Below, piece after piece: positions 1 through 9,306 of a stretch of 38,005 bases of DNA. The position numbers and the translations under genes were made by a program. Position 1 is the first letter of the stretch. Every line of letters starts with the position of its first letter. Location: the NCBI GenBank assembly GCA_964601385.1, contig CAZRNJ010000002.1:1-38005 (forward strand), written 5' to 3'. Under the pieces are notes generated by a model. It ran no database searches. It was not told the DNA's origin and saw only the letters and a program-made list of their open reading frames with translations. Source of the DNA: an uncultured Bacteroidales bacterium. GTDB lineage: Bacteria; Bacteroidota; Bacteroidia; Bacteroidales; JBBRXJ01.

Positions 1-2
1 TT

Positions 3-224
3 AAAGCAGAGTGAATAACCTTACAGGATAACCCAGCAAACAGCGAATATCCTATGCCATTATTGGTTGCCGACATGGATGATGTTTATGTAGGACGTAT
101 CCGCAAAGATCTGTCTAACCCGAATGGAATCACGTTCTGGTGTGTTGGCGATCAGATACGCAAAGGAGCCGCCCTTAATGCGGTTCAAATTGCCGAATAC
201 ATGATTAAAGAAAAAATGTTTTAA
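3..224 (+). CDS. asd: aspartate-semialdehyde dehydrogenase, C-terminal fragment (5' end outside window); contains an in-frame TGA at 12-14
   Basis: The frame reads [72 protein letters not shown]. This matches the conserved Asd C-terminus (VGRIR...RKGAAxNAVQIAE). Stop TAA at 222-224. Confidence 0.8.
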
Positions 225-227
225 ACA

Positions 228-259
228 AAGAGCCGCTGAATACGCGGCTCTTATTTTTT
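228..259 (+). terminator. rho-independent terminator after asd
   Basis: Stem AAGAGCCGC / GCGGCTCTT with 7-nt loop TGAATAC, followed by A + T6. Confidence 0.8.
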
Positions 260-276
260 ACAGGAAAAAATATAAT

Positions 277-963
277 ATGAAATTAGATTCCGATCTGCTT
301 AGGTTTTTAAATACGCTCAGCAGAAATAACAACCGTGAATGGTTTGAAAAAAACAAAAAACGATACCTTGCATTAAAAGAAAACTTTGAAGAATTTATTT
401 CAGGGATTATTGCCGGATTATCAAAAACCGACAAAACAATTGCAGGCCTGGATGCCCGGAAATGTCTCTTCAGAATTTACCGCGATGCCCGTTTTTCACA
501 CGATAAAAGACCATACAAAACCAATTTCGGCGCCGAATTATCAATGGGTGGCAAACGCAGTCGCTTTGCCAGCTATTATATTCATATCGAACCAGGTGAA
601 TGCTTTGCCGGCGGCGGCGTATATATGCCCGAACCCGATGTGCTGAAAGTCATACGTACAGAAATATATCATGACACAGACACCTTTAAACAGATTCTTA
701 AAACAAAAAAATTTCAAAATACATTTGGCGAACTGGATGATTTCGATATGTTGAAAACAGCACCCAAAGGATTTTCACCGGATTTTAAAGATATCAATCT
801 GCTGAAATACAAACATTATATTGTGGGAACAGCAATATCCGACACAGAAATCACTTCGCCCGGTCTGCAAAAGAAAATTATCAAAACATTTGAAACCATG
901 TATCCGTTCAACCGTTTTCTCAATTCGGCTATCATGACCTTAGAAAAAACCGGCCAGGAATAA
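277..963 (+). CDS. DUF2461 (TIGR02453) family protein
   Basis: 228 aa. N-terminal FLxxLxxNNNREWFxxNKxxY and central RIYRDARFSxDKxPYKTNFG are typical of this family. Confidence 0.75.
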   Translation: MKLDSDLLRFLNTLSRNNNREWFEKNKKRYLALKENFEEFISGIIAGLSKTDKTIAGLDARKCLFRIYRDARFSHDKRPYKTNFGAELSMGGKRSRFASYYIHIEPGECFAGGGVYMPEPDVLKVIRTEIYHDTDTFKQILKTKKFQNTFGELDDFDMLKTAPKGFSPDFKDINLLKYKHYIVGTAISDTEITSPGLQKKIIKTFETMYPFNRFLNSAIMTLEKTGQE

Positions 964-1593
964 AAACATAGTTAAAAAAACCAGCACAACTCCGTTTAAA
1001 AAACCGGCATACACCTGAAAAGCGGTGTGTGATTGAGTAATGACACGAACACTTCCTGTTAGCCCCGACAATATAAGCAATGATATCAATAATAGAATTC
1101 CGCTAACACCATAATAAAACACAAGTATTATATGCAGTCCTATTAATCCGCCCCAGCCCGTTGTATGCAAGCTGATACTAAAATACCGGCTAATCAGCGC
1201 TGTGTTAAGCGTTGTTATAAATACCGCAAATAGAAACGAACACAAAATAACCGGCGCCCGGATACGTATTAAAAAAAAATAACACAAAAAATATGTTACT
1301 GCCATTATCAGTAATGGCACAATTCGCTCATTACCCGGGATATGGCCCGAATATGCAGTTACCTGTTGATAATACCTGAAAAGCATGATTAATCCGGGCA
1401 GTAAACCCGTAATTGAAAACATTATACTTAAGAAAAGAAGTTTTGTTTGCAACGAATAAAGATTAAATTGCGGAAGGGTAAATGAAATTATGGCAATACC
1501 AATGACAGGAATAAAAATAGGATGTAACAGATAAGATAAAAATCCTGCAATCGCAGAAAATGACTTATTATAACTACCATTTTCCAATATCAT
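940..1593 (-). CDS. polytopic membrane protein, weakly PAP2-like
   Basis: 217 aa with about 6 hydrophobic helices. SLHT and SVRVITQSHT resemble degenerate PAP2 C2/C3 motifs. The 3' end overlaps the convergent DUF2461 gene by 24 nt. Confidence 0.5.
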   Translation of the reverse strand: MILENGSYNKSFSAIAGFLSYLLHPIFIPVIGIAIISFTLPQFNLYSLQTKLLFLSIMFSITGLLPGLIMLFRYYQQVTAYSGHIPGNERIVPLLIMAVTYFLCYFFLIRIRAPVILCSFLFAVFITTLNTALISRYFSISLHTTGWGGLIGLHIILVFYYGVSGILLLISLLILSGLTGSVRVITQSHTAFQVYAGFLNGVVLVFLTMFLFLAGFF

Positions 1594-1666
1594 AAAATAA
1601 AATCTATTTTACCATTTATTAATCGTTTGGATTTTATCATATCAAAATAACACATTATGGTTAACC

Positions 1667-3280
1667 TTATGGCTGTATCCCCACAATCTCTCCAATCGCT
1701 GTTCCTGCAACAGTTTCGGGCATACTGATACCAGACAGGACACAAAGCGTAGGCATCACATCAGTAATCTGAATGTCTCTTACAGTGATACCCGGCGTGA
1801 TCGGGCCGCCATACCAGAAAGCAGCTACTGGTAAAGTGTTATTCCGTATTGTTTCGATATAATTTGTTTCGGCCCATCCGGGTTCAAGTACAATCACCAG
1901 GTCGCCCGAACGGCCGGCATGAAAGGTGCGCTGCACTTTCTGAAAGACACCTGAAGTATAATTATTTGCCAACAGAGATGTTGAAGTCAACACCTGATAA
2001 ATACCCGAGCTTTGAATCAGAAAACCAGCCGCCTTTTCCTGAAATGCCGATAATGATAATTTCGACTCATCAATCAGTTGACGATTAAAATAAATATTTT
2101 TATTATAATAAAACGGTAGCCATTCTTTATTTCCATACAAAATGTTGAGGTAGCTTTTTAACAGATAAATTGTTTGAGTCGGTTTAAAATATCCGGCAGG
2201 TATCTTAAAATCGGCCATAAATGCCGGCTCATCAGCAGTACCCCCCGATGAGGTGAGGACAAGAATAAAATTTTTCTTTCCGCAATGATCATCTAAAAAA
2301 TCGAGAAAATGGCCGAGATCCTGATCAAGACGCAGATACATATCCTGCATCTCTACCGACCGCAAACCAAAACTTTTATCAATGGCGCGCGATATTGTAA
2401 ATGCAACCGAAAGATAATCGGGAATGCTGTCTTTCCCCATCTTTTCATTAATAATGGTTGCAATAGCAAAATCTTTAGTATAGCTGTTTCCCCAAGGTAT
2501 TGTTTTCAGCAGCTTATATCCATATTTACTTTTTAATCCCGCGAGATTGTATGGAAACGTAATCTGCTGGCCAATACCCTGCTCATATTTATTATTGTCG
2601 GTAAGACACTGTTTATAACTGTCTAAAGGGAAAAAAGTATTCCATTCACGATTCAGATAAATATCGAATAACCGCTTTCTGTTGAATTCCTGAACCCATG
2701 CAGGTAATGAATCGGCATAATTACTGGAAGTAATCCACCATCCATTATCTTCGTTCATCCAATAACAGCCATCGGCATTATGACCGGTTGTGAGAATAGC
2801 GCCCTGCGGCTCCGGCGAAATACCAATCACAACAGAAGCATTCTGAGTATTAATCTGTAAATGATCGGCCAAGGTTGTACATAAAAGTTTTGAACCCGAA
2901 TACCCGCGAGTACCATCAACGGGTAACGGATTAAGTTTACGATATTGATCATCATCAACACATTCGATAACAGTATTCTTCAGTGAATTAAAAAACTTAT
3001 CGGCAATAATCCCATGCTGAGAAGGAAAGGCGCCGGTGGACAGCGTAGCATAGCCCTGGGAGGGTTGACTCGACAGGTAGGGAACCGATACATTCCGGCA
3101 ATATCGTCCTTCAGCGGCCAATCGTTTGAATCCCTTATCGCCAAAATACGGCCAGTACTGCTGCAATTGCTGCTCCGACATATTATCAATTACAAGTAAC
3201 ACGACCATTCGCGGCAATGAAGCAAAAGACGGTGATACAATCGAACCCATAAATAACAATAAGGCGAATAGCTTCAGCAT
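1667..3280 (-). CDS. alkaline phosphatase / type I phosphodiesterase-nucleotide pyrophosphatase family protein, secreted
   Basis: 537 aa. Signal peptide MLKLFALLLFMGSIVSPSFA, metal-site-like VVLLVIDN, and LSTGAFPSQHGI (TG..P..HG motif). Confidence 0.7.
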   Translation of the reverse strand: MLKLFALLLFMGSIVSPSFASLPRMVVLLVIDNMSEQQLQQYWPYFGDKGFKRLAAEGRYCRNVSVPYLSSQPSQGYATLSTGAFPSQHGIIADKFFNSLKNTVIECVDDDQYRKLNPLPVDGTRGYSGSKLLCTTLADHLQINTQNASVVIGISPEPQGAILTTGHNADGCYWMNEDNGWWITSSNYADSLPAWVQEFNRKRLFDIYLNREWNTFFPLDSYKQCLTDNNKYEQGIGQQITFPYNLAGLKSKYGYKLLKTIPWGNSYTKDFAIATIINEKMGKDSIPDYLSVAFTISRAIDKSFGLRSVEMQDMYLRLDQDLGHFLDFLDDHCGKKNFILVLTSSGGTADEPAFMADFKIPAGYFKPTQTIYLLKSYLNILYGNKEWLPFYYNKNIYFNRQLIDESKLSLSAFQEKAAGFLIQSSGIYQVLTSTSLLANNYTSGVFQKVQRTFHAGRSGDLVIVLEPGWAETNYIETIRNNTLPVAAFWYGGPITPGITVRDIQITDVMPTLCVLSGISMPETVAGTAIGEIVGIQP

Positions 3281-3408
3281 AATTGATTTTTGGCTTAAAA
3301 ATAATCAAATTCATACACTTTTCTTCTCTCACTCAAAGGCCGTTTACTTAACAATATTTTTATTCTAAGGAATTCTATATATCTTTACACGCTTTTTTAT
3401 TCAGGCGC

Positions 3409-5391
3409 TTGCAACGATTATTGTCATCGAACAACAGCCGGCATACCATCGGGCTAAGCTTGGGCGGCATACTCATCAGTCTTGGTATTGTATTTGGCGA
3501 CATTGGTACCTCTCCTCTGTATGTTATCCGCGCTATTATTGCAGGCCGCGATGTAATCGAACCCGATTTTATTTTCGGCGCCCTGTCCTGTATTTTCTGG
3601 ACACTGACATTCCAGACAACCATCAAATACATAAGCATAACCCTTAATGCCGATAATAAGGGTGAAGGTGGAATTTTTGCGCTTTTTGCCCTTATCCGCA
3701 GACGATATAAATGGGTTTATCTGCTGGCTGTCATTGGAGGCAGCACCTTGCTGGCAGATGGTATTATTACTCCTGCCATCACAATCACCTCGGCCGTTGA
3801 GGGCTTAAACATCAATTATCCCGACCTGCCGGTAATTCCTATTGCTTTAATAATTATTTTCCTTCTGTTTATTCTCCAACAATTCGGCACAAAATTTCTG
3901 GGTAACTCTTTTGGGCCGATGATGATTATCTGGTTTCTGATGCTCGGCACACTTGGAATTGTTCAGGTTTTACAATATCCGGGCATCCTCAATGCCCTGA
4001 ATCCCTATTATGTTTTCCGGTTCTTCAGCTATCCCGGCAGTTTTATTCTTTTAGGTGCTGTATTCCTTTGCACCACAGGAGCTGAGGCCTTATACTCTGA
4101 TATCGGACACTGTGGTGCTAAAAATATCCGGATTTCATGGATTTTTGTAAAAGTCACACTCATCCTTAATTACATGGGGCAAGGAGCATGGATATTGAAA
4201 AATCAGGATTTGGTTAATAGTTCCATCAATCCATTTTATGCTATTGTACCCTCCTTCTTCATTATTCCGAGTGTTATTATTGCTACCATTGCAGCCATTA
4301 TTGCCAGTCAGGCCCTCATTACAGGAACCTTTACTCTAATCAGTGAGGCCATTTCGCTTAACTTCTGGCCCCGGGTAAAAAAAAATTATCCCACACTAAT
4401 TAAAGGTCAGGTCTATGTCCCTTCAATCAACTGGTTTTTGTGCATTGCCTGTTCGTTTGTCATCCTCTTCTTCAAAGAATCGGCAAATATGGAAGCAGCA
4501 TACGGCCTGTCTATTACCATTACCATGCTGATGACTACTCTGATGCTGGCATTTTATCTGCGCACCCGGCATACAAATCCCATACTCATTGGTTTGATGC
4601 TTCTCCTCTTCCTTACCATCGAGGGTTCATTTCTTATTGCCAACCTGAACAAATTTTATAATGGCGGTTGGTTCACGGTATTTATTGCTGCTATTTACAG
4701 CATTGTTATGTATACCTGGTTTAATGCACGAAAAATGCGAAATATGTTTCTCATCTTTGTACGGCTCAATAATTATATTCAGGTACTAAAAGACCTGTGT
4801 CATGATGAATCGGTTCCCAAATTTGCATCCAACCTTGTGTATATATCACGGGCCAATAATAAATCTGATATCGAATCGAGTATCATGTATTCGATCCTGA
4901 ATAAACATCCCAAACGTGCCGACAGATACTGGTTCCTGCATATTGATATTGGCGATGAACCCTATACTCTCGAATACGAAATTACACAGTTTGTGCCCGA
5001 CACCATTATCAAGGTTGACTTCTATCTGGGTTTTAAAGTAGAACCAAAAATTAATCTTTATTTCCGGCAGGTTGTTCATGAGATGCTTGAAAACAAAGAA
5101 ATTGAACTGACCAGTAAATATGAATCATTAAAAAAACATAACATCGCCGGTGAGTTTCAGTTCGTAATCATTGACCGAATACCGAATTACGACTTTGATT
5201 TTTCGGTACACGATAACTTTATCGTGAAGCTATACCAGATTCTGCGCTTGTTAGGAACATCAGAAATCAAAACATTCGGACTCGACAACAGCAATATACT
5301 CATTGAAAAAGTACCGTTGGTGCCTGAAGATCTGAGTCATTCAAATTTAGAGATGCACCGGCGCAACGCACCAACCAGTCATGTTAACTGA
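3409..5391 (+). CDS. kup: KUP/HAK/KT potassium uptake transporter
   Basis: 660 aa. Hallmark GDIGTSPLYV, then about 12 TM segments and a cytoplasmic C-domain. The track start is TTG, so the exact start is uncertain. A near-consensus -7 box TATCTTTA lies at 3380-3387. Confidence 0.9.
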   Translation: MQRLLSSNNSRHTIGLSLGGILISLGIVFGDIGTSPLYVIRAIIAGRDVIEPDFIFGALSCIFWTLTFQTTIKYISITLNADNKGEGGIFALFALIRRRYKWVYLLAVIGGSTLLADGIITPAITITSAVEGLNINYPDLPVIPIALIIIFLLFILQQFGTKFLGNSFGPMMIIWFLMLGTLGIVQVLQYPGILNALNPYYVFRFFSYPGSFILLGAVFLCTTGAEALYSDIGHCGAKNIRISWIFVKVTLILNYMGQGAWILKNQDLVNSSINPFYAIVPSFFIIPSVIIATIAAIIASQALITGTFTLISEAISLNFWPRVKKNYPTLIKGQVYVPSINWFLCIACSFVILFFKESANMEAAYGLSITITMLMTTLMLAFYLRTRHTNPILIGLMLLLFLTIEGSFLIANLNKFYNGGWFTVFIAAIYSIVMYTWFNARKMRNMFLIFVRLNNYIQVLKDLCHDESVPKFASNLVYISRANNKSDIESSIMYSILNKHPKRADRYWFLHIDIGDEPYTLEYEITQFVPDTIIKVDFYLGFKVEPKINLYFRQVVHEMLENKEIELTSKYESLKKHNIAGEFQFVIIDRIPNYDFDFSVHDNFIVKLYQILRLLGTSEIKTFGLDNSNILIEKVPLVPEDLSHSNLEMHRRNAPTSHVN

Positions 5392-6559
5392 TACGTTGTT
5401 CGTGTTCGGTCAAGTTTCGGATTAGCCAAAACACAACACGCATAAGATAAAAGGACAAGCGGTCTCCGATTCGCCCCGAAAACCCTTTACCGGTAAAAAA
5501 ACGGCTTGCATCTACCGGCCTGCTATCCTGAATTATAATCTTTTCTATCTGATCGTTCATTCGTGATACCCATTCAGATGAAACCACATCGGCATTCATC
5601 TCAACACTTCCGTACTCACTCAGGTGATTCAGATTATATGAACCAATGGTAGCCCATTGTTTATCCACAATCGCTATTTTACCATGTACCATGGCCGGCT
5701 GATATTCATAAATTTTTATGTTGTATTTAAACAGCCAGTAATAAAGATAATTGGTAGCCCTCTTCATTAATACAGCGTCTGTTTTTTCAGAGAACAAAAT
5801 CCGGATCTTTACATTGCGCTGTGCGGCTTTGCGTAATGCACGCATTATCGTTTTTCCGGGTAAAAAATAACTGGCAACAATGGTTATACTCGCCCGCGCA
5901 TGACGAATGGCATAAAGATAACCCGACGATATGCTTCGCTTAGCTCTTATCCAGTCGTGCTGCCGAATGCGAACCAAAAGGCCATCCATAGGCAAAACGG
6001 ACTTTTTCTTCCGCCGGTAATGTTTATTGGTTCGCTTCCATTTGCGCTGTAACAGATTAAAACAAATACCTGCGACCTGTTCGGCAACCGCGGCTTTAAT
6101 CACTACTCCAAAATCAAGCCATGGCTTCTCATTGTGATTTCCCCTGTAGCGGTCTGCAATATTTATGCCGCTAATCACTACAATTGAACGGTCAATAACC
6201 AGCACTTTATGGTGAAGTCGCCGGCCGAACTTCAGCGTCCACAGATTCACCGGAGAATAAAAACGCAGTGTAATCCCCGGCCTGCGAAGTTGTTGAATAA
6301 ATGCTTCACTGAGATGATTACATCCATAGGCATCAAACAATAAATAAACCGTTACACCGCGGCTTGCTGCCTTAATAAGTGCTTGTACTACCTCATTTCC
6401 TGTTTTATCTTCATCGAATATATATACCTGAAGATGTATCTCCTTTTTGGCCGCATCAATGAGTTGCACGATAGTATTAAAATAATCGTCGCCACTTAAC
6501 AGCAGAGTCACCGAAGCCGCTGAATGAAATTTTTTTAAAAATCCTTTGGTAAAAATCAT
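5384..6559 (-). CDS. phospholipase D family protein, cardiolipin synthase (ClsB-like)
   Basis: 391 aa with two HKD motifs (HHKVLVIDRS...GINI and HGKIAIVDKQWATIGSYNLN). The 3' end overlaps the convergent kup stop by 8 nt. Confidence 0.8.
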   Translation of the reverse strand: MIFTKGFLKKFHSAASVTLLLSGDDYFNTIVQLIDAAKKEIHLQVYIFDEDKTGNEVVQALIKAASRGVTVYLLFDAYGCNHLSEAFIQQLRRPGITLRFYSPVNLWTLKFGRRLHHKVLVIDRSIVVISGINIADRYRGNHNEKPWLDFGVVIKAAVAEQVAGICFNLLQRKWKRTNKHYRRKKKSVLPMDGLLVRIRQHDWIRAKRSISSGYLYAIRHARASITIVASYFLPGKTIMRALRKAAQRNVKIRILFSEKTDAVLMKRATNYLYYWLFKYNIKIYEYQPAMVHGKIAIVDKQWATIGSYNLNHLSEYGSVEMNADVVSSEWVSRMNDQIEKIIIQDSRPVDASRFFTGKGFSGRIGDRLSFYLMRVVFWLIRNLTEHEQRIS

Positions 6560-6592
6560 AGATGATTAAATCACCTGAGACAACAACCGGCT

Positions 6593-7381
6593 CTAACGGC
6601 CATCAATAAAACGGCCTATTCCGCCGAGTATAGAGCCCTCCTCTTTACCCTTGCCCATAAGTGATGGTGCTTGACGAATAATCCTGTCGGCAAGCCGTGA
6701 AAATGGCAATGTTTGCAACAATACAGTACCTGTTCCCCGAAGAGTAGCCAAAAATATCCCTTCGCCGCCAAACAGAACCGACCTCAGATTGCCCGCAACC
6801 TGAATATCATAATCAAGGCCGGGAGAGAAGGCAACAATACATCCGGTGTCAATAAATAATGTTTCATTTTGCAGTTTGCGCTCAATAACAGTTCCGCATG
6901 CATGCAAAAACACCAATCCGTTGCCCGATAGACGCTCAAGTATAAAACCCTCGCCTCCGAAAAGGCCGGCGCCAAACCGTTTAGTAAATGCAATATCAAG
7001 TTGCACGCCAAGCGCGGCACAAAGAAATGCATCCTTTTGACATAACAACTCGCCTCCATTTTTTATCAGATCAACAGGAATTATTTTCCCCGGATAAGGC
7101 GAGGCAAATGTCACGCGTTTACGGCTTGCTGCCTGATTTGTAAAATGAGTAAGAAATAACGATTCTCCGCTAATCAGGCGCTTTCCTGCATTAAACAATT
7201 TATTCAATAAGCTCTCATCAGGTCTGCTGCCATCGCCCATGCGCGCCTCATAGCTAATGCCTTCTTCCATCCAGTTCATGGCGCCTGCCTCGGCAATAAC
7301 CGTTTCTCCGTTATCAAGCGTAATCTCAACGGCCTGCATATCATCGCCGTATACTGTATAATCTATCTGATGTGCATTCAT
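6593..7381 (-). CDS. AIM24 / TIGR00266 (DUF124) family protein
   Basis: 262 aa. The N-terminus [28 protein letters not shown] and repeated GGEGF/GGEGI glycine-rich strands are characteristic. Confidence 0.75.
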   Translation of the reverse strand: MNAHQIDYTVYGDDMQAVEITLDNGETVIAEAGAMNWMEEGISYEARMGDGSRPDESLLNKLFNAGKRLISGESLFLTHFTNQAASRKRVTFASPYPGKIIPVDLIKNGGELLCQKDAFLCAALGVQLDIAFTKRFGAGLFGGEGFILERLSGNGLVFLHACGTVIERKLQNETLFIDTGCIVAFSPGLDYDIQVAGNLRSVLFGGEGIFLATLRGTGTVLLQTLPFSRLADRIIRQAPSLMGKGKEEGSILGGIGRFIDGR

Positions 7382-7386
7382 ACTGG

Positions 7387-8982
7387 TCAGTGAAAAAAAT
7401 GTATCGTTTTACCCTTAGGATATTTTACTGAATATACAAACCGTGTTTTCTGCGACTGTGAAGGAGCTATGATATATCGCCAAAGCATCCGGCCGCTGTC
7501 AGTATCTACTAAAGCAGAACCTGATTCCGAAAGTTCAACTTCAATATCGTTATTACGCGATACCGGTATCTGGTCTAGTATTTCAATTTCAACAGCAATA
7601 TTCCTGTTATTACGTACCGTAATCTCAAAACCCTTAATTTCTTTTGTGTTCATGCCAATCATCTTTGTTTCTGTAAAATCGTTCAGTTGCTGCAAACGCA
7701 CCACAACCTTATCATCGCGGCCCAGAGACAACAACAGTGTATCACTGCTGGTTTGGGGGTTAATGAATGACTGGCCGATAAACATCCCGTCAGAAAAAAT
7801 ATTGGCATTACCCGGCAACAAATTATACTGCCCATAATTGGTAACACTCGCCAGCAAAAAAGCTCCGTCGTTTAACCGCGGTACTGTATGATAACGGTAA
7901 GCAACCGGCAAACTATATTCTTTAATTACTACCTTATAATTAGCGCCATCCGAAGGTATGGTTTGCAGTAATTCAATCATATATTCGTTGGCTATCTGTC
8001 CCTGTTGTTCTGTAACAATATATTCAGGCGGATCGCTCCGCTGTTCGTCATCACTAACGTTTTCCATCATCTGTGGCTTAGCGGCCGACTCTTCCAACAC
8101 AGCGGCTCGTGATTTATTCAATACCGGCATGGGTTGATGAAAATCTACAAATAATGGATAAAGCAATGGCCTTTTATTATCAACAGCCGGATTACCGGTT
8201 GAAACCGTAAGCTTTACATTTTTCCAGTCATACCCCGTATTCTGATGTACATCTGCCTTATATGTCAGTTGAATCGGTTTATCGCTTCCCGACGACCGGA
8301 TATCATAAACCGGGTCCCAGCCGGCCTGAGATGTAAGATATGAAAAAACAATTTTTACCTTTGCTGTTCCGGCTGCAGCCAACGTCACCACTACTTCACC
8401 GGTTGGCCGCGTGCTTATGCCATTCAGTATACTTAACTGGTTTTCTATTCGTTGTTTGATCCGTTGAAGGGCATCCGACTTTTTTGATTGTTCAAGCGCC
8501 GCTCCTTTTATTTCCAACATGCGTGACCTGAAATAGTCGGTTAATAATTTCAGTTCGGCAACAGTCATTTGTTGTTCATTCGATCCAAGCTTGGTATTAA
8601 CCGACAGAACCTGCTCCTCAGCTTTAAATACAGCCAATTTATCGGTTATACTACGCAAATTATATTCGATCTGTTTGAGCGAATCCTGCAACAGGGCAAT
8701 ATCCTGTTTCCGCTCCTGTTCATCCAAATAATTATGCCGGTAAACAGCCGAAAGTAAAGTGGCCTGTCCATTCACGGTAACCTGCAAACTAGTTGGCAAA
8801 ACAGCTTCGGTAATACCACCGATCACCTGCCCGGTTGTACCTGCCGATACTGTACACAGCGCTTCGTGTGTTACAAGCGCGTATTGCCGGTACACAGTTA
8901 CAGATTTAATCACTGACTCTGATTCATTGCCATAAACAACGCTAAATACGTAAAACAAAGCTACTATACACCTATTCATCAT
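7387..8982 (-). CDS. DUF4140/DUF4139 (MuiA-like, TIGR02231) secreted protein
   Basis: The start is placed at the second-block Met ([18 protein letters not shown], a signal peptide) rather than the ORF-track Met at 9057. It has a central coiled-coil and a C-terminal DUF4139-like beta region. It lies 5 nt upstream of the AIM24 gene. Confidence 0.65.
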   Translation of the reverse strand: MMNRCIVALFYVFSVVYGNESESVIKSVTVYRQYALVTHEALCTVSAGTTGQVIGGITEAVLPTSLQVTVNGQATLLSAVYRHNYLDEQERKQDIALLQDSLKQIEYNLRSITDKLAVFKAEEQVLSVNTKLGSNEQQMTVAELKLLTDYFRSRMLEIKGAALEQSKKSDALQRIKQRIENQLSILNGISTRPTGEVVVTLAAAGTAKVKIVFSYLTSQAGWDPVYDIRSSGSDKPIQLTYKADVHQNTGYDWKNVKLTVSTGNPAVDNKRPLLYPLFVDFHQPMPVLNKSRAAVLEESAAKPQMMENVSDDEQRSDPPEYIVTEQQGQIANEYMIELLQTIPSDGANYKVVIKEYSLPVAYRYHTVPRLNDGAFLLASVTNYGQYNLLPGNANIFSDGMFIGQSFINPQTSSDTLLLSLGRDDKVVVRLQQLNDFTETKMIGMNTKEIKGFEITVRNNRNIAVEIEILDQIPVSRNNDIEVELSESGSALVDTDSGRMLWRYIIAPSQSQKTRFVYSVKYPKGKTIHFFH

Positions 8983-9075
8983 ACCCTGCGTTTTATCATG
9001 GCAATAATTACCAATACAAATACACCATCGGACTATTCCGGCAACAATGTCTAACACAAAATACCGGTACAGTAC

Positions 9076-9273
9076 TTATTTCTGTTTAGCGCCGCCTTCC
9101 TTTGCTCCACCATGATTGCAGGCGCCGCCTTTTTTGGCCTGCTTGGTAGTGTCCTGCTTTTCGGTTTTTGCCTTTTTATCTTCTTTTTTCTTTTCCGGTT
9201 CTTGTGTGCCGGCAAATGATACGGCTGCCATAAACGACAACACTACTGAAAAAATTAAAATGCGTTGTTTCAT
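9076..9273 (-). CDS. small secreted lysine-rich protein, unknown function
   Basis: 65 aa. A clear signal peptide (MKQRILIFSVVLSFMAAVSFA) precedes a low-complexity K/E/G-rich tail with a single Cys (GGACNHGG). It is packed between same-strand genes with gaps of 33 and 18-93 nt. Confidence 0.5.
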   Translation of the reverse strand: MKQRILIFSVVLSFMAAVSFAGTQEPEKKKEDKKAKTEKQDTTKQAKKGGACNHGGAKEGGAKQK

Positions 9274-9306
9274 ATATTCTGTTTTATAGTTAATGCACCA
9301 AACAAT

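Noticed and set aside
12-14. Genome-wide UGA recoding (genetic code 4 or 25) as the explanation for the in-frame TGA in asd
   Set aside because: TGA terminates kup (5389-5391) and the OM receptor (after its C-terminal Phe, 15206-15208) at canonical protein ends. All other genes are full length under the standard code.
940-963. Convergent gene-end overlaps or abutments (940-963, 5384-5391, 34879/34880)
   Set aside because: These are real but common in compact genomes. No hairpin or other signal is associated with them, so they are not noteworthy on their own.
8983-9057. N-terminal extensions in the ORF track (DUF4139 to 9057, glycoside hydrolase to 19706, NDT-like from 21862, pheT from 22552, PNPOx-like from 34397, paralog A to 10620)
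   Set aside because: In each case a downstream Met begins a signal peptide or a canonical family N-terminus. The extension also overlaps a terminator, a promoter box or the preceding gene.
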